Source: Malacoraja senta (taxonomy: Eukaryota). Taken from it: a stretch of 64,000 nucleotides of DNA. Below, piece by piece: positions 49,570 through 63,775 of the stretch. Below the pieces are notes generated by a model that saw only the letters and a list, made by a program, of their open reading frames with translations, was not told the origin of the DNA and searched no databases. The stretch lies in contig CM075995.1 in assembly GCA_038087875.1 (NCBI GenBank), positions 9,798,001-9,862,000 on the forward strand. The letters are read 5' to 3'. The position numbers were made by a program, and so were the translations under genes. Positions within the stretch are counted from its first letter, which is position 1. Each line of letters begins with the position of its first letter.

Positions 49570-50470
49570 CCCAGACCCAGGGTGAAGGCAGAGCAGCCCC
49601 CCACACCCAGACACAGCTCACCCACTGCCTCAGAGACCCAGACACAGCTCACCCACAGACACAGACACACTCTCAGAACTAAGCATAGACCCAGACACAG
49701 ACCCAGGCAGACCCACAGACACAGACCCACAGACACAGATAGTCTCTCAGACACAGACCCACAGACCCACAGACACAAACCAAGACCCAGATAGTCTCTC
49801 AGAGCCAGACATAGACCCAGACAGACTCACAGACACAGACCCACAGACACAGATGGTCTCTCAGAACCAGACAGACACAGACACAGAACCACTGACACAG
49901 ACCCACACAGACCCAGATAGTCTCTCAGTCACAGACCCACAGACACAGACACAGATAGTCTCGCAGAACCAGACACAGACACAGTTCCACAAACCGAGTC
50001 CACCCACAGACCCAGACAGTCTCACACACTCACAGACACAGTCCCACAGTTCGAGACACTCACAGACCCAGACAGTCCCACAGACCCAGTCGAACAGACC
50101 CAGACAGTGCCACAGACCCAGTCTCACAGATCCAGACACAGTCCCATAGATACAGTCTCACACACCCAGACACAGTGTCACAGACCCAGACAGTCCCACA
50201 GACCCAGTCGAACAGACCCAGACAGTACCACAGACCCAGTCGAACAGACCCAGACAGTCCCACAGACCCAGTCGAACAGACCCAGACAGTACCACAGACC
50301 CAGTCTCACGGACCCAGACAGTCCCACAGATCCAGTCTCACACACCCAGACAGTCTCACAGACGCAGACACAGTACCACAGATCCAGACAGTCTCACGGA
50401 AAAGACACAGTCTCACGGACCCAGACGCAGTCCACCCACAGACCCAGACCATCCCGCAGATGCAGACCCA
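49570..50470. repeat. Degenerate (CACAGACCCAGACAGT..)n minisatellite
   Basis: Direct inspection. Confidence 0.9.
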
Positions 50471-50619
50471 CCCACCAGCCCCAGTTGCGGACTACACTGC
50501 CACGGAGAGTGTGACCCACTCCCATTAAAGCCACCTCCACCTCAGCAACCTGACCTCCTGGTACTGACCTGGGCACCAGACTCACAGAGTGGCATCTGAC
50601 CACAAGACCAGATGAAGAG

Positions 50620-51275
50620 AGGGGGGCAGACAGGGAAGGGGAGAGACTGGAGGGTGAGAGTGTGGAGGGAGTGAGAATACAGGGGGAGAATGTTCAGAGA
50701 ATGGAGGTTCAGAGAACGTGGGGGGAGGAGAGCGGGGGGAGGAGAGAGGGAGGGGAGAGAGGGAGGGGAGAGAGGGAGGGGAGAGAGAGAGAGGGTGGAG
50801 AGAGGGAGGGAGGGGAGGAGAGAGGGGGGGAGGAGAGAGGGGGAGAGGGAGGGTAGAGAGGCAGGGGAGAGAGGGATGGGGAGAGAGGGAGGGGAGAGAG
50901 GGAGGGGAGAGAGGGAGGGGAGAGAGGGAGGGGAGAGAGGGAGGGGAGAGAGGGAGGGGAGAGAGGGAGGGGAGAGAGGGAGGGGAGAGAGGGAGGGGAG
51001 AGACAGAGGGGATGGAGGGGAGTGAGGGAGGGGAGAGACGGAGGGGAGAGGGAGGGGAGGGAGGGGAGAGATGGACGGGAGGGGAGAGAAGGAGGGGAGT
51101 GGAGAGAGGGAGGGGAGGGGATAGAAGGAGGGAAGGGGAGAGAGGGAGGGTGGAGAGGGGAGAGAGGGAGGGAAGAGACGGAGGAGAGGGGAGAGAGGGA
51201 GGGGAGAGGAGAGAGGGAGAGAGGGAGAGGGTGAGGGAGAGGGGAGGGGAGGGGAGAGAGGGAGGTGAGAGAGGA
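50620..51275. repeat. Purine-rich (GGGAGGGGAGAGA)n tract
   Basis: Direct inspection. Confidence 0.93.
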
Positions 51276-53009
51276 AGTTCATATGTTGATGTTATAGGAG
51301 AAGAATTAGGCCATTCAGCCACCACACATCACACCATCCAATCATGACTGATATATCTTTCCTCCCAACTCCATTTTCCTGCCTTCTCCCCGTAACCTCT
51401 GACTCCCATACTAATCAAGAATCTTACAAATAATCTATTGGCTTGGCCTCCACAGCCTTCCGTGGAGACCAAGCAGCCAAGCAGAGGCCAAGCAGACAAA
51501 CAGATTCACCACCCTCTGACTAAAGAAATTCCTCTTTCTAAAAGTATGTCCTTCTATTCTAAGGTTATGACCTCTGGTCCTAGACTCTCCCACTGGTGGA
51601 AACATCCTCCACATCCACTCTATCCAGGCCGTTCACTGTTTGGTAAGTTTCAATGAGGTCCTCCCTCATCCTTCTAAACTCTAACGAGTACAGGCCCAGT
51701 GCCAACAAAGGCTCATTATACATTAACCCAATCATTCCTAGCATCACTCATAAACCTCCTCTGGACCCTCTCCAACACCAGCACATCCTTCCTCAGATAT
51801 GGGGCCCAAAACGCTCACAATACTCCAAATGCGGTTTGACCAGTGCCTTATAAAACCTCAGCATTACATCCCAAGGGGAGAAGCAAGGGGAGAGGAAAGG
51901 AAAGAAATGGAAGAGGAAGAGGGAGGGGAGAGTGTGAGGGGAGCAGAGAGATTTAGGAGAGAGAGGGAGGCAAGAAGGAGGTGGAGAGAGGGTCAATAAG
52001 AGGTTGAGAGGTAGTGGGAGGGGGGAGATGGAGGGTGGGAGAGAAAGGTTAATGAAGAGAAAAGCAGAGAGGGACAGAGGGAGAGGTAGCTGCTAGAGGA
52101 GGTTGTGGAGTCAGATGCAATTACAAAGTTGAACAGGTTCTTTGGCAGGAAAGGTGTCGAGGAATTGAGCTTTTCACAGACAAATGGGATTCATGTAGAT
52201 CGGCAACATGGTTGGGATGGACAAGATGGGTCGAAGGGCCTGTTTCTGCTCTGAAACAGAGGAGGTGGAGGAAGGAAGGAGGAGGTGAGCCAACTTCTCC
52301 CTAGCAGCATGGAATAGGATCACTGGCCCTGCTTGAAGCCCTCACCTCAGAGGTCAGCCATGGATGGAGAAAGGTGTCTGTACTTTATTCACACTGGCAG
52401 GGTGAGTAATTATTCTGTTGCGAGACTGGACAGATACATGGATAGGTTGGGTTGAAAGGGATATGGGTCAAAGGCAGGCAGATGGGACTAGCTTAGCTGG
52501 GGCATCTTGGTCAGCATGGAGGAGTTGGGCCGAAGTTGGCCGGGTTGTACTGTTCTGTATGACTGTGACTATAAATACGCAGCCGCCAGGGTGGGATTCA
52601 AATCCACACCACTGGATTGTTGGGCAGCAACAATCACAGTGTTATTGGATCCCTCGAGCTGCAGTCTCTGACTCCAGGCTCCATGGCAACAGGCATAACT
52701 CCACATGGAAATATTTCCAGACTCTCATTGGGACAGGAGCTGGCTGGGAACGGAACTCTATCCCAGCGCCAGATCCCCACACACAGTATTTATAACTCAG
52801 TTGGCCAGGCAGCTAGCTGCCAACTGCTTCCTTCCATCAATGTTACCAGAAACCTGGAACCATTAGAACAGTCAGAGCACGAGAGAGTGAGTCATAGTCA
52901 TACAGCACGGAAACAGGCCATCAGCGCAACTGATACCAGTGCCACTTACCCACCGGCAGCTCGTTCCATACACCCACCAACCTCTGTCTGAGGTACATCA
53001 CCCCTCATC

Positions 53010-53705
53010 TAGATCAGTTGGGAGGGAGTTCCAAGAAATGGAAAATGGAATTTAACTCTGACAAGTGTGAGACGTTACAGAGCAGGAGTTACACCATAAA
53101 TGGCAGAGCCCTGGAGAGTGTGTAGAACAGAGAGAACTGGGAGTACGGATGCATAGTTCCCATAAAGTGGTGAGGCAGGTGGACATGGTGGCGAAGAAGG
53201 TGTTTGGCATGCTTGCCTTCATTAGGAAGGGTATTGAGAACAACAGCCAGAACATCGTGTTACAGTTGTACAAGTCGAAGAGATTCACCAGGATGTTGCC
53301 TGGGCTTACGGGGAGAGGTTGGACAGGCCGGGACTTTCATTTTGGAGCGTAGGAGGCTGAGGGGTGACTTTAGTGAGGTGTACAAGTTCATGTGGGCATG
53401 GATAAAGTGTACACTCACAGTCTGTTTCCCAGGGGAGAGGATTCTAAAACTAGATGGCACAGGCTTAAGGTGAGAGGGGAGAGATTTAAGAGGCTGAGGA
53501 ACCTCAGGGGCAACTTTTTCACTCAGAGGGTAATCTGAACCTGGAATGAGCTGCCAGAGGAAGCTGTAGAAGAGTGTACAATTATGACTTTTAAAAGACA
53601 TTTGGACAGATGCTGGCAATTGGTATAAGCCTAGTATTCCAACAAGGTCGGCACGAACAAGATGGGTCTGAGAGCTTGTTTCTGGGCTCTACAGCTCTAT
53701 GACTC
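53010..53705 (+). mobile_element. Degenerate CR1 LINE 3' part
   Basis: KKVFGMLAFI, FTRMLPGL, ERRRLRGDFSEVYK. Confidence 0.8.
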
Positions 53706-53711
53706 CTCGAA

Positions 53712-55070
53712 CATAGACACAAAATGCTGGAGTAACTCAGCGAGACAGGCAGCATCTCTGGACAGCAGGAATGCGTGACGTTTCGGGATGAGACCCTTCT
53801 ACAGACTGACAGGGGAGAGGGAGATATAGAGATAAGGGTGCATGGTGTGAAAATGAGACAAAGGGGATGGAGGTCAAGGAAAATGGAGAATAGATCATGG
53901 TTACCTCCGAGAAGGTAACCACAAAGCAAACAGAGATAAATGTAAAAGAGGACAGTTAGACTGGTCGGAGAACTGGGAAGGGGGGGAGGGATGGAGAGAG
54001 AGGGGACAGCAACGGTTACTTGAAGTTAGAGAAGTCAATATTCATACCGCTGGGGTGTAAATTGCCCAAGCAAAATATGAGGTGCTGTTCCTCCAATTTG
54101 CGCTGGGCCTCACTCTGACAATGGCCAAGGAAGGTCAGTGTGGGAATGGGAGGGGGAGTTAAAGTGTTTAGCCACCGGGGGATCAGGTAGGTTAAGGCGG
54201 AATGAGCTGAGGTGTTCAGCAAAACGATCGCCGAGCCTGCACTTTGTCTTTCCGATATATAGACCACACTTGGAACAGCGCATACAGTAGATGAGGTTGG
54301 AGGAGGTGCTAATTGACCTCTGCCTCACCTCAAAAAAACTGCTGGGGCCCTTGGACGGAGTCGAGAGGGGAAAGTATAGGTACAGGAGTTGCATCTCTTG
54401 CGGTTGCAGGGGAAAGTACCTGGGGATGGGGTGGTTTGGGTGGGAAGGGATGAGTTGACCATGGAGTTGCAAAGGGAACTGTCTCTACAGAAAGCAGAAA
54501 GGGGTGGAGATGGGAAGATGTGGCTAGTGGTGGGATCGCGTTGGAGGTGGCAAAAATGTTGGAGGATTATGTGTTGTATGCGACGGCTGATGGGGTGAAA
54601 GGTAAGGACTAGGGGGACTCGGTCCCTATTGTGACTAGAGGGAAGGTGACTATGGAGGTGCAGAGTGACATGGTGAATGGTTCATGAGGGATGGGGGCCT
54701 GGAAATCGGAAGTCATTGAAGGAACGAAGGGCGTGAGAGGTACAAAGTTGTCTTGGACATAGGTAGGGAGGGATGGGACCAGGGGAGATAGGATGTAGTC
54801 GAGGTACGTGGAAATTAATTCAGTGGGTCTGGAGCAAGCTGAAACAATGGGTCTGCCTGAGCAGTTCTGTTTATGGATTTTGGGGAGAAGATAAAACCGG
54901 GCCGTGTGGGGCTGGGGAATGACAAGGTTGGATGGAGGCTGTGGAGAGCAGACAGCCGGAAGTGATAAATTCAAAAATGGTTTATGAGATTATGGCCTGG
55001 TGCTCATCTGTGGGATCATGGTCCAAGGATAAGTAGGAGGTGATGTCTGAGAGTTGGCGCCTGGTCTCCG
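53712..55070 (-). mobile_element. Penelope-like element (RT N-terminal part + GIY-YIG endonuclease + hammerhead-bearing terminus), internally deleted
   Basis: [23 protein letters not shown] (PLE RT); SSNLIYCMRCSKCGLYIGKTKCRLGDRFAEH (GIY-YIG); RKLEEQHLIFCLG..PSGMNIDF. Confidence 0.88.
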
Positions 55071-56394
55071 ACACCTCTTCCTACTTATTCTTGGATCATA
55101 TTGTTAAACTGGAAGGGTGCAGAAAAGGTTCACCTGGATGTTACCTAGACCAGAGGGCTTGAGTTACAAGAAGTGACTGGATAGTAATAACAAGAAGATG
55201 GACACAAAATGGAGTAACTCAGTGGGACAGGCAGCATCTCTGGAGAGAGGGAATGGATGATGTTTCGGGTCAAGACCCTTCTTCAGACTTCATAACAAGA
55301 AACTACAGATGCTGCTTTATACCATAGACACAAAATGCCGGAGTAACTCACCGGGTCAAGCAGCATCTCTGGAGAACATGGACAGGCGATGTTTCGGGTC
55401 AGAACCCTTCTTCAGACTGAAGAAGTATGCAGAAGGCTCCCCATCCAAAACATCACCTATCCGATTCCTTTGAGGATGCTGCCTGAGCTGCTGAGTTACT
55501 CCAGCAATTTGTGTCCATCTTTGGTAAGAGACTGGATAAGCTGAGATCATTTTCCTTGGAGCGTAGAAGACCTTATTGTAGTACATAAAATCACAAGGGC
55601 ACAGAAAACGTGAATGATCACAGTGTTTTTTTCCCCAGGGAAGGGGAGTCGACATATGGAACAATGTAATTGTACCTGCCTTCACCATTGCCAATTACAT
55701 TGTTTAAAACACATTTGGACAGGTACATTGATAGAAACAGTTGAGAGGGATGTGGTTAAATGCAGGCAAATGGGACTAGCTCAGATGGATTTTATGATCC
55801 AAGAAGGAAAAGATGAGAGATCACCTTGAATGGACAGGAATGTAGAGGCAAGGTCAGAATCAGTGTAACTGTGATGTTTTAAACTCAGGACAGGTTTAAA
55901 GGTGTGAGTTTCAGCACAGTTAGCACAACTACAGGCGTGCTTCACTCCCCCCACCATCAATGCTAATCACTGGGTCCATAGAATCTATGCTTTGGTAATT
56001 CCAATGTTCACATAGTTTTAAAATCTAGGGGCAAAGGACTTGTCGAGGACAAGTTTCTACATAGATGGTGGTTAGTGCTAGGAAAATGCTGCTGGAGGTG
56101 GTGGTGGAGGCAGTTACAATAGTGGTGTTGGATGGGTATATTTGGACATTTGGATGCGCATATGGATTTGCAGGGAATGGAGGGATATGGATCATGTGCA
56201 GACAGGTAAGAGTAAGTGTTGACATTGTGTTTGGCACAGACTTTGTGGGTCGAAGGGTCCATCCCGTGCTGTATTGTTTTGTATTGTATCCTGCTGCATT
56301 GTATGTCAACGAGTACTGTCTTGAACTTCGACAGGTGTACATTAGAGACCATACTGATTAGGCAACTCGAATGCCCCCGAGTAAAGATGATTGC

Positions 56395-56780
56395 AAAAAG
56401 TGGTGAATACTGCCAAGTCCATCACGGGTACTGACCTCCCCGCCATCAAAGGGATCTATGAGAGTCACTGCCTCAAAAGGGCAGCCAGCATCATCTGAGA
56501 CCCACACCATCCTGACTACACTCTCATTTCACTCCTGCCATTGGGAAGAATGTATAGGAGCCTGAAAATTGTAATGTCCAGGTTTAGGAGCAGCTTCTTC
56601 CCTATAACCATCAGACTACTAAACTCTACAACCTCCAAATAGGTTTGAAACTATATGGACTTGGGGGCATTATTTTTGACTTTGCATTATTATTGTCCGT
56701 TTATTTGTCTGTTTTTTATATATACTGATTTTGTTGTTGTTGTTGATAATTATGGATTTTACAGAGTATTATGTTTACAG
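56395..56780 (+). mobile_element. Rex1/Babar-like LINE 3' end
   Basis: Paralogous to 11425-11850 (TAKSITGTDLP..DPHHP..SFFP). Confidence 0.75.
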
Positions 56781-58471
56781 GAGAAGGAATGGGTGACGTT
56801 TCGGGTCGAGACCCTTCTTCTCAATGTGAAATGTCACCCATTCCTTCTCTCCATTTTGTGTCTACCTTCGATTTAAACTAGCATCCTTCATCTATTGATA
56901 TAAACATTAAGCAGTTGAGACCTTCATATTGCTCCCTGTGAGACTTTAGTCATGACATCTTGCCAACCAGCCAACCATTTTATCAAACTCCCCATTTCTC
57001 ATTGTATTCACGTCAACATGTTGCCACTCACAACATTAGCTTTAGTTTACACAACAATCTATGATACCACAGCCAATCTAACACATTCTGGGGATCAAAG
57101 TGTAGCTTGTCCTAGCTAAAAGGAGAGGTTGGACAAACTTGGATTATTTTCCCCAAGAATGGTGGAGGTTGAGGGGAGACCTGATAGAAATATATAAAAT
57201 TATGAGAGGCATTGATAGAATAGAGAGTCAGAACCTTTTCCCCAGGGTGCAAATGTCAAAGCCTAGAGGTGAGAGGGTCAAAGTTTAATGAAAATGTGCA
57301 GGGCAAGTTTTTTTACACAAAGAGTGGTGGGAGCAACATTTAAAGGAGATGTGCAGTGCAAGTTTTTTTTTATCCAGAGCGGTCGGTCCCTGGAATGTGC
57401 TGCCAGGCATGGTGGTGGAGGCAGATCCGTTAGTTGCGTTAAGAGGCTTTTCAATAGGCACATGGATATGCAGCAGATGGTGGGATATGGATCATGTGCA
57501 GGCAGAAGAGATTAGTTTAACATGGCTTTGTGTTCGGCACAGACATTGTGGGCTAAAGGGGCCTGTTCCTGTGCTGTACTGTTCTATGTTATATGATTGT
57601 AATCATATATGGATAGCACACATAATAATGTTTTCCACTGTATCTCCATGTGACAATAATTAATAAATACCACTTTAGAACAGCGCAGTACAGGAACGGG
57701 CCCTTTGGCCCTTAATGTCTGTGTCGAACATGATGCCAAGTTAAACTAATCTCCTCTGCCTGCACATGGTCTATATTTCTCAATACCAAGTTGTTCCAAT
57801 GTCTGCCTAAATGCTCTTAAACTATCACAGCTGCTTTCATCACCACCCATGGCATCGCGTTCCAGGCACCCACCAGTCTGTGTGTAAAAGTCTTGCCACG
57901 AACGCCTCCTCTCCCCCTCTCATCTTAAAGTCACACCCTCTACTATGGAGGTGATGGAAGCTCGTGAGTTCTAGGACCAGAGCCGTGATGTTCTGCAACA
58001 CATCAACATTACCAAAGAGGAGGTATTGGCAGTCTTGACGTGCATAAAAGTGGATAAATCCTCAGGGACTGACCAAGTATTACCCAGGACATTGTGGGAA
58101 CCTAGGGAGGAAGTTGCTGGGGCCTGGCAAAGATAGTTGTATCATCAACCATTCTTGAATTGACCTCTCATATGCTGAGGATGAATTTCATTATCTTCCA
58201 CATTATGGCGGTTTATTTGTTCTCTCTCTGCAGCTGTGGAACTATGTTCTGCATTCTGTTTATTTTCCCTTTCACACACTCTGCAATATGCAAGTATGGT
58301 CTGATTTGACTGCATAGCACACAAAACAAAGTGTTCCACTGTGTGTCAGTACACATGACAATAATAATCAATACCAAAATTGTTAGCCACATATGACATG
58401 CCATAAGACAGGAGGGTGGCTAATGTAGTGGTGTTATTTAAGAACGGCTGTAAGGACAAGCCAGGGAACTA

Positions 58472-58850
58472 AAAGTAAGTAAGTTTATTGGCCAAGTATT
58501 CACATACAAGGAATTTGCCTTGGTGCTCCTCCCACAAGTAACAACATGACATAGTGACAGTTACGAATGACTCATTAATAATAATAAAACATTAATGATA
58601 AAACACCATTGATCAAGCATGTGAACCAACAAAATACCAGATCTTAGGCTACAGATTTTTGGCTGTTGAGTAGAGCAACTACTCGTGGATAAACGCTGTT
58701 TTTATGTCTGGCTGTGGCAGCTTTGACAGTCCAGAGTCGCCTTCCAGAGGGAAGTGATTCAAAGAGTTTGTGGCTAGGGTGAGAGGGGTCAGAGATGATC
58801 TTACCCGCTCGCTTCCTGGCCCTTGCAGTGTTCAGTTCATCAATGGAGCC
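58472..58850 (-). mobile_element. Rex1/Babar-like LINE 3' end with (CTTA)n tail
   Basis: ORF 58644-58862 RAGKIISDPSHPSHKLFESLPSGRR..RHKNSVYPRVVALLN. Confidence 0.78.
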
Positions 58851-58918
58851 AAAGATGGACACAAAATGCAGGAATAACTCAGCAGGACACGCAGCATCTC
58901 TGGAGAGGTGGAATGGGT

Positions 58919-58946
58919 GACGTTTCGGGTCGAGACCCTTCTTCAG
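58919..58946 (-). ncRNA. Minimal hammerhead ribozyme core, intact
   Basis: Same 28-nt CTGAAGAAGGGTCTCGACCCGAAACGTC motif. Confidence 0.62.
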
Positions 58947-59709
58947 ACTGAGTGTCAGGGGAGAGGGAGTTACAGAGATAAGGAAGTGTAGGAGATAAAA
59001 TTATAACAGGACTTGACAAGCTTGATGCAGGAAAATGTTCCCAATGTTGAGGGAGCCCAGAAGCAGGGGCCACTGTCTAAGAAAAAAAGGGAGGCCATTT
59101 AAAATTTAGATGAGAAAAAACTTTTTCACCCAGAGAGTTTGTGAATTTGTGGCATTCTCTGGCCCCGCAGAAGGCAGTAGATGCCAATTCGCTGGATGAA
59201 TTTAAAAGAGAGTTGGACAGAGCTCCAGGGGCAAGTGGAATCAAGGGATATGGGGAGAAGACAGATACGGGTTACTGATTGTGGATGATCAGCCATGATC
59301 ACAATGAATGGTGGTGCTGGCTCAAAGGGCCAAATGGCCTCCTCCTGCACCTATTTCCTATGTTTCTATCAAAAAAAATGCTAAAGTTGGGTAGGCAGAT
59401 AATATTAAGGAAAATACTAAGCTTTTATGGACATTAAGGGGAAGATGATAACCAGAGAAATAATAGAGCACCTCAGAATCCAAAGCGGTCACCTGTGGAG
59501 GAAGGAACTGCAGATATCTCCTTAGCATGATCAGATATATCTGGGAACATGTGTGTATGTTTTATATTTTTGTGTGTAGTGAGTCCATGTGCCTGTCCTG
59601 CTGCAAGCAAGATTTTTATTGTACCTGTAACTCATTATTTGTGTACGACAATAAATTCAATTGATTTGATAAAGCTACGACTGTTTCAAAGACTGCAAAG
59701 ACTCTATCC

Positions 59710-60063
59710 CAGGAGTGGGAACCTTTTCATGTTGGAATGCCGCATTAAGTTAGCTGTAATCTAATAAGGCCGCATCCAAGAAACTTCAATTAGATATACT
59801 TCAAAATGTACATTATTTTGTTAAAATAGCCCTCATGACTTACCAATGTTTTAATTGTGGCCTGTCAGTCGGGGGGGAATATTTCTTTGAATTTTCTTTT
59901 ACTCTTTGGTATTTTAAATAGGTTCATTTTAAGATTAAAATTAAAATAATAAAAGACGAACAAAAACATATTAATAAAAATAAAAGGATTTGTTCTACAA
60001 AATTTGGATTCATTCAAAAGGCCGCAGTTAATGGCCTAGAAGGCTGCAGGTTCCCCACCCCTG
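59710..60063. mobile_element. hAT MITE (354 bp) with perfect 8-bp TSD
   Basis: TIRs CAGGAGTGGGAACC / GGTTCCCCACCCCTG; TSD CTCTATCC at 59702-59709 and 60064-60071. Confidence 0.92.
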
Positions 60064-61046
60064 CTCTATCCCCTACTCCCAATTCCTCCGTCTACGCCGT
60101 ATCTGCGCCCAACATTAGGTGTTCTATACCAGGACATCCGAGATGTCCTCATACTTTAGGGAATGAGGGTTCCCCTCTTCCATCATATATGAGGCCCTCA
60201 CTCGTGTCTCCTCGGTACCCCCGCAGCTCCGCCCTTGCCCCCCCTCCCCCTTGTCGCAACAGAGACAAAGTCCCCCTAGTCCTCACCTTTCACCCCATCA
60301 TCCATCGCATACAACACATAATCCTCCAACATTTGTGTCACCTCCAACGGGATCCCACCACTACTCACATCTTCCCATCTCCACCCCTTTCTGCCTTCCG
60401 CAGAGACCGTTCCTTCCGCAACGCCCTAGTTAACACATCCCCGCCTCAGGTACCTTCCCCTGCAACCGCAAGAGATGCAACACCTGTCGCTATACCTCCT
60501 CCCTCGACTCTGTCTAGGGACCCCGACAGTCCTTTCAGGTTAGGCAGAGGTTCACTTGCACCTCCTCCAACCTCATCTACTGTATCCGTTGTTCAAGATG
60601 TGGACTCTGATACTTCGGTGAGACCAAACGTAGACAGGGTGATCGTTTCGCTGAATACCTTCGTCAGTATGCCTGGACCTACCTGATCTCCCGGTGACTA
60701 AACACTTTAATTCTTCTTCCCATTCCATACTGACCTTTCTGTCCTCGGTCTCCTCCATTGTCAGAGTGAGGCTAAATGTAAATTGGAGGAACAGCACCTT
60801 ATATTTCGCTTGGGCAGCTTAAAGCCAGTGGTATGAATATTGATTTCTCTTACTTCAGGTTACCCCAGCATTCCCCTCTCTCTCCATCCCTTCCCCACCC
60901 GTCGCATTAGCTTCTCGTTTTCACCCAACAAAGCTTACAATGACCTGTTTCCTTTATCATCGTTACTTGTTTGCGTCTTTCATTCTTTGTTCTTTATCTC
61001 TCTACATCATCGTCTATATCTCTTGTTACCCTTATGCCTAACCAGT

Positions 61047-61074
61047 CTGAAGAAGGGTCTCGACCCGAAACGTC
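61047..61074 (+). ncRNA. Minimal hammerhead ribozyme core, intact, in its native Penelope context
   Basis: CTGAAGAAGGGTCTCGACCCGAAACGTC about 190 nt downstream of the GIY-YIG coding end. Confidence 0.68.
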
Positions 61075-61184
61075 ACCCATTCCTTCTCCCCGGAGATGCT
61101 GCCTGTCCCGCTGAGTTACTCCAGCTTTTGTGTCTATCTTTGATTTAAACCAGCACCTGCAGTTCCTTCCAACACGTCATGTAG

Positions 61185-61905
61185 GTTTAGGTGGACTGAG
61201 CGGAGATGTTCAGCCAATATATAAGAGTCCACATCTGGAACAGCGGATACAGTAGATGAGGTTGGAGGAAGTATAAGTGAACCTCTGCCTCATCTGAAAA
61301 GACTGTTGGGGTCCTTGGACGGAGTCGAGGGGGGAGGTATAGGGACAGATGTTGCATCTCATGCGGTTGCAGGGGAAAGTACCTGGCGAGGGGAGGGTTT
61401 GGGTGGGAAGGGACGAGTTAACCAGGCAGTTGGGGAGGGAATGGTCTCTTCGGAAAGTGGAAAGGAGTGGAAATGGGAAGATGTGGCTAGTGGTTAAATC
61501 CCATTAAAGGTGGCGAAAATGCCGGAGGATTATGTGCTGACATAATCATATTTTGCTTGGGCAGCTTACACCCCAGCAGTATGAATATTGATTTCTCTTA
61601 ACTTCAAGTAACCCTTGCTTCCCCTCTCTTTCCATCCCTCCCCCTTCCCAGTTTTCCGACTAGTCTGACTGTCGTCATTTACATTTTATCTCTGTTTGCT
61701 TTGTTGTTAACTTCTCCTAGCTAACAATGATCTATTGTACAAGTTCCTTGATCTCCACCCCCTTTGACATTTTCAAAGCTTACACTTCCTGATCTCTGTA
61801 TCTCCCTCTTCGCTGACTCAGTCTAAAGAAGGGTTTTGACCCAAACCGTCACCCATTCCTTCTATCCAGAGATGCTGCCTGTCCCGCTGAGTTGCTCCAG
61901 CATTT
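61185..61905. mobile_element. Rearranged Penelope-like fragments (minus about 61185-61540, plus about 61545-61905)
   Basis: Paralogous to 54200-54580 and 60795-61130; decayed hammerhead at about 61823. Confidence 0.75.
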
Positions 61906-63775
61906 TATACTGTGGGAAGGTAGAAAATAAATTGCAAGTGCTTTTATTGAGATATATGAATCATCATTAGACACGGGTGAGGAGCCAAAAGACCGGAGGA
62001 TGGCTAATGTTGTGCCTCTATTGAAGAAGGGCTGCAAGGAAAAGCCTTGGAACCACAGAGCAGTGAGCCTAACATAGATGGTAGGCAATTTACTGGAAAG
62101 AATTCTGAAAGATAAGAAATATATGCATTTGGATAGATAGGAGCTGATTAGGGAGAGTCAGCATTGTTTTTTTACGTGGAAGGTAATGTCTTAAGAATCT
62201 GATTCAGTTTTTAAAGAAGTAACCAAAAGGGTTGATGTGGGCAAAGGTGTATATATTGTCTATATGGACTTCAGCAAGGCATTTAATAGGTTGCGCATGG
62301 TAGGCTGCACGGGAAGATGAGATCACACACAATCCAGGAAGAGATAGTCGACTGGATAGAGAATTGGCTTCATGGTGGGAAGCAGAGGGTGATGGTGAAA
62401 CACTGTTTTTTTAAATCTAAGGCTGCCTTTTTTATCACGGTGTGCCTCAGGGATTGGTGCTAGGCCCACTGATACTTGTGGATTATATCAATGATTTGGA
62501 TGAGAATGTAGCAGACATGATTAGTAAGTTTGCAGATGACACTGAAGTCGGTGATATCGTAGATAGCAAAGGAGGTCATCAAACAGTACAGCAGGATATT
62601 GATCAGTTGGGCAAGTGGGCTGACGAATGGAGTTTAATACAGATAAGCGCGATGTATTGCATTCTGGGAAGTCAAACTAGGGCAGGACCAGACCAAGCCA
62701 ATGAATTGCAAGGCCCTGGGGAGCGTTGTAACACAGAGGGATCTGGTACAGATATATAGTTTGTTTCACCATCACCCTCTGCTTCCTTCCATGAAGTCAA
62801 TTCTCTATCCAGTCAGCTATCTCTTCCTGACTCCCGTGCAATCTAATCTTCCAGCCTACCACCTATCAAATGCCTTGCCAAAGTCCATATAGACAATATC
62901 TAACTGGGGAGTGTTGTAACGCAGAGAGGTCTAGTGCAGATATATAGTTCCTTGGAAATGGCGTCACAGGCAGATAGGGTAGTCAAGAAGGCTTTCAGTA
63001 TAGTGGTCTTTATCAGTCAGGATGATTGGGTATAGAAGTTGGGATATTATGTTGTACAGTTGTACATGGCGATGGTCTGAAGAAGGGTCTCGACCTGAAA
63101 CATCACCCATTCCATCTCTCCACAGATGCTGCCTGTCCCGCTGAGTTACTCCAGTATTTTGTGTCTATATAAGACAATGGCGAGGCTGCATTTGGAGTAT
63201 TATATTCAGTTTTGATTACCCTGCGATAGGAAGGATGTTGTTAAGCTGTAAAGAGTGCAAAGATCTATGAGAATGTTGCCAAGACTTAAAGGCCTGAACT
63301 CTAGGGAGAAGTTGGGCAGCCTAGGACTTTATTGTTTGGAGCGCAGGAGGCTGAACGGTGATCTTTAGAGATGTACAAGATCACAAGGGTAATAGATGGG
63401 GTGCATGCACAGAGGTTTTTTACTCAGTCGAGGAATCAAGAGCCAGAGGACATAGGTTTATGGTAAGAGCGGAAAGATTTAATAGGAACCTGAGGGGCAA
63501 CATTTTCACACAGAGGGTGGTGGTGTATGGAACGAGCTACCAGAGGTCATACCATTTACTAAAACAACATTTTAAAGACATTTGGAAAGGTACATGGATA
63601 AGAAGTATTTAGAAGGATATTGGCCAAAGCCAAGCTTTTCACTGTACCTATGACAATATACCAAACTAAACTAAACCCAGGCAGGTGGGACCAGCGTTAG
63701 ATTGGGCATCTTGATCGCCATTGGCAAGTTGAGCCATAGGGCCTGTTTCCATATAGTATGACTATGACTATGAGC
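61905..63775 (+). mobile_element. Old CR1 LINE ORF2 (RT) to 3' UTR, with small insertions
   Basis: ANVVPLLKKG, VYMDFSKAF, VPQGLVLGP..INDLD..SKFADDT, 3' UTR ending (ATGACT)n; Penelope short repeat inserted at about 63075-63170. Confidence 0.85.

Larger units (their letters stand above)
59692..61175 (+). mobile_element. Penelope-like element 3' part (RT thumb, GIY-YIG, hammerhead terminus), interrupted by the hAT MITE
   Basis: Removing the MITE restores CKDSIPYSQFLRLRRIC; then [41 protein letters not shown]. Confidence 0.88.

Noticed and set aside
50560..50610. Possible microexon or first exon (CAG|ATGCCACTCT|GTGAGT) upstream of exon 1
   Set aside because: No similarity to 1e, 1f or 1c; the pyrimidine tract is a low-complexity repeat; unsupported without transcripts.
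52300..52880. TATAAATA (52794-52787) and GAG|GTGAGG donor near 52345 as exon 1e/1f candidates
   Set aside because: ATG frames hit stops or the wrong phase; no resemblance to known N-termini. Exons 1e, 1f and 1c were not found and probably lie beyond the window.
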